Shown in pieces: positions 62,290 through 64,000 of a stretch of 64,000 nt of DNA. Numbering within the stretch: the stretch's first letter is position 1; the number at the start of each line of letters is the position of its first letter. The notes beneath the pieces are model-generated. The model saw only the letters and a program-made list of their open reading frames with translations, ran no database searches and was not told the origin of the DNA. The position numbers and the translations under genes are program-made. The stretch is taken from the IMG/VR virus record IMGVR_UViG_3300034072_001021, positions 1 to 64,000 of that record, one strand, 5' to 3'.

Positions 62290-64000
62290 TTAGAACAGCA
62301 CGCTTCCTGCAGCTGCCAGCAACTCACCCACTCCAATCACAGCGCCTTTGGCAACCTTGCCAGCAACACTCCCAACGGTCTTGACCGCATCGGTCAATGC
62401 ACCCTCCATCCCCTCATCAGCAGAAAGATCCACTGCATCCTCAGGCATCATCTCACGCAACTGATCAATGAACTTCTCACCATCATCCAATGTGGCAGAG
62501 GGGTTCTCAATCAGGTTCTCAAGAGATGTCTCCAAATCGTCCGGAGTCTTGACGCCCAGGATTGCAGCGACCTGTTCTTTAGACCATTGCAGAATGTCTT
62601 TGGAGCGAGTCGATACGTTGGGCTCTTCGCCTGTATCGAGGAATACGTCAAACACATCGCAGCGATGTACCTGACCTACCCGATCAACACGAGCGATGGT
62701 CTGAGTCCGTTCGTAGTCACGGAATGGCGAGTTAGTGAAGACCAGGGTGTTGGCCATCACCAAGGGCATTGCTGTCGACAACGACTTGAAGGTAGCGATC
62801 AGGGGGTTGATATCCTCACTCTCACCAAACTTCTTGATGATTGCTGGGAGATCTTTGTTGGTTTCACCATAGACCAGAATCGGCTTGTAGCCTGCTTCAG
62901 TCAACAGACGATCCAGTTCCTTGACCACTTCAACGTAGCTGGTGAAGATGACAGTCTTGCTCTTGGCATTGTCAATGATCCGATCCAGCGGAATCTTCGG
63001 CAGCATGTCCAGATGACACTGGATACGCATCTTGCCCAGAACCTGACTCAGCGCTTCGCCCATGACCTTGAGATCGACGTACTTGATGATCGCACGGACA
63101 TTCAAGAACGGTTTCCGGTAACGGTCTGGGAGAGAAGGTACGATGGTCTTCAGCTCGTAGCGATTACAGAACATCACCATATCCTTCATGGTGACTGGAT
63201 CATAACCCTTACGGATCTGCTTGATGTAGCCAGTGTAAAGGTTGAAGTCTTGGACACCTCGACCACTCAGTGACTTGGCATGAAGTTCCATGCAGGTCGC
63301 GTAGAGCTTTTCATACTCCGGCATTCCCTTACGGTAGAACTCCAGACGTTCTTTGATGAACGCCCCCATCTTGTCACGGACGCTGGCCAGCGTGTAGTCC
63401 TTACCATTGGAGATCGAGATCTTCTCCTCGTGGTAATCCACACCGGGTGTTTCGACTTCCTCTTTCAGTACCTTAAAGGAAACGATACCGATACGGTTAG
63501 CCAGAATCTCGTTGGCGCGCTTGGCTTCTTTGCCGAAGATCTTCTTGAACGCCATCTTGACTTCTGGTGTGAAGTCATTACAGATCGTGGTCAGGAGTGT
63601 GATTGCTTCGGAGCCAATGGCCTTGAACGGTGTACCGGAAGCATGGACGGTGTCGCGGGAATTCAGAACCTTGATCAGCTCGATGAGGAACGATGTACGG
63701 CCTGACTCTTCGTTGAAATTGTGCGACTCGTCGATCCCGGTGTACACCTTACCGAAGTTACCCGAATTGCGCTTGGCGAACTCAAGGAATTTCTCGAGGT
63801 AGTCGAAGTGGACAATGTAGTACTTCTTACCTGGAACAGGATCGGTACCACTCAGGCTGTGCCAGTAATCCACAGGACCTGACTTGAACAGGGTGTTGGC
63901 TGTCTTGACCCAGACATCGATGACCGAGTTCTTCGGCACGATGAACACGTTGGTATCTACACCGAGACAATGTCCCAACGCATAGTTGGTGATCGTCTTA
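62290..64000 (-). CDS. superfamily 2 (DExH) helicase, 5'-truncated by the window edge
   Basis: Frame is open to 64000 (KTITNYALGHC..., tail of Walker A); motif Ia FIVPKNSV, II IDESH, III ASGTP, IV VIFTSY, VI QTIARVDRVGQ. Confidence 0.85.
   Translation of the reverse strand, partial: KTITNYALGHCLGVDTNVFIVPKNSVIDVWVKTANTLFKSGPVDYWHSLSGTDPVPGKKYYIVHFDYLEKFLEFAKRNSGNFGKVYTGIDESHNFNEESGRTSFLIELIKVLNSRDTVHASGTPFKAIGSEAITLLTTICNDFTPEVKMAFKKIFGKEAKRANEILANRIGIVSFKVLKEEVETPGVDYHEEKISISNGKDYTLASVRDKMGAFIKERLEFYRKGMPEYEKLYATCMELHAKSLSGRGVQDFNLYTGYIKQIRKGYDPVTMKDMVMFCNRYELKTIVPSLPDRYRKPFLNVRAIIKYVDLKVMGEALSQVLGKMRIQCHLDMLPKIPLDRIIDNAKSKTVIFTSYVEVVKELDRLLTEAGYKPILVYGETNKDLPAIIKKFGESEDINPLIATFKSLSTAMPLVMANTLVFTNSPFRDYERTQTIARVDRVGQVHRCDVFDVFLDTGEEPNVSTRSKDILQWSKEQVAAILGVKTPDDLETSLENLIENPSATLDDGEKFIDQLREMMPEDAVDLSADEGMEGALTDAVKTVGSVAGKVAKGAVIGVGELLAAAGSVLF

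Noticed and set aside
1-64000. CRISPR array, tRNA/rRNA genes, IS elements or reverse transcriptase
   Set aside because: No regularly spaced direct repeats, cloverleafs, transposase motifs or YxDD RT motif were found by eye; the repeated hairpins are dispersed, not arrayed.

Overview
64-kb slice of a gene-dense jumbo bacteriophage genome, most likely phiKZ-like and infecting a Pseudomonas-like proteobacterium. The evidence is a phiKZ gp131-family-like virion protein, a virion-type SF2 helicase, TATG-type late-promoter candidates and KPAA-repeat and SspB-like genes. Almost all genes are on the + strand. Contents: (i) many small hypothetical early/middle genes; (ii) nucleotide metabolism and replication genes (dTMP kinase, thymidylate synthase, DHFR, two Nudix proteins, HD hydrolase, NAD-dependent DNA ligase, SF2 helicase cut by the window end); (iii) a 14-kb tail-fibre/adhesin cluster (22.9-37.0 kb) with two fibre + tip-protein pairs, four LamG/ConA-like proteins and two fibre chaperones; (iv) a spanin pair; (v) proteostasis-related genes (two SspB-like proteins, an Ntn/HslV-like peptidase, two AAA ATPases). 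Thymidylate synthase is split by a 1101-nt group IA2 intron (10963-12063) whose helices can be traced by eye; it carries a GIY-YIG homing endonuclease in P6. The top candidate for an undescribed system is a ~960-nt, hairpin-dense, non-coding island (53150-54115) that looks like a large ornate structured RNA. A second, ~140-nt structured RNA candidate lies in the tail cluster. The intergenic DNA has its own grammar: a hairpin family with conserved CATAG/CTATGCC arms, an ATACAT(T/A/G)(A/G)T promoter-like motif, and a duplicated terminator-promoter-leader cassette in front of membrane mini-proteins. All family assignments are by motif recognition only; no searches or folding programs were run.
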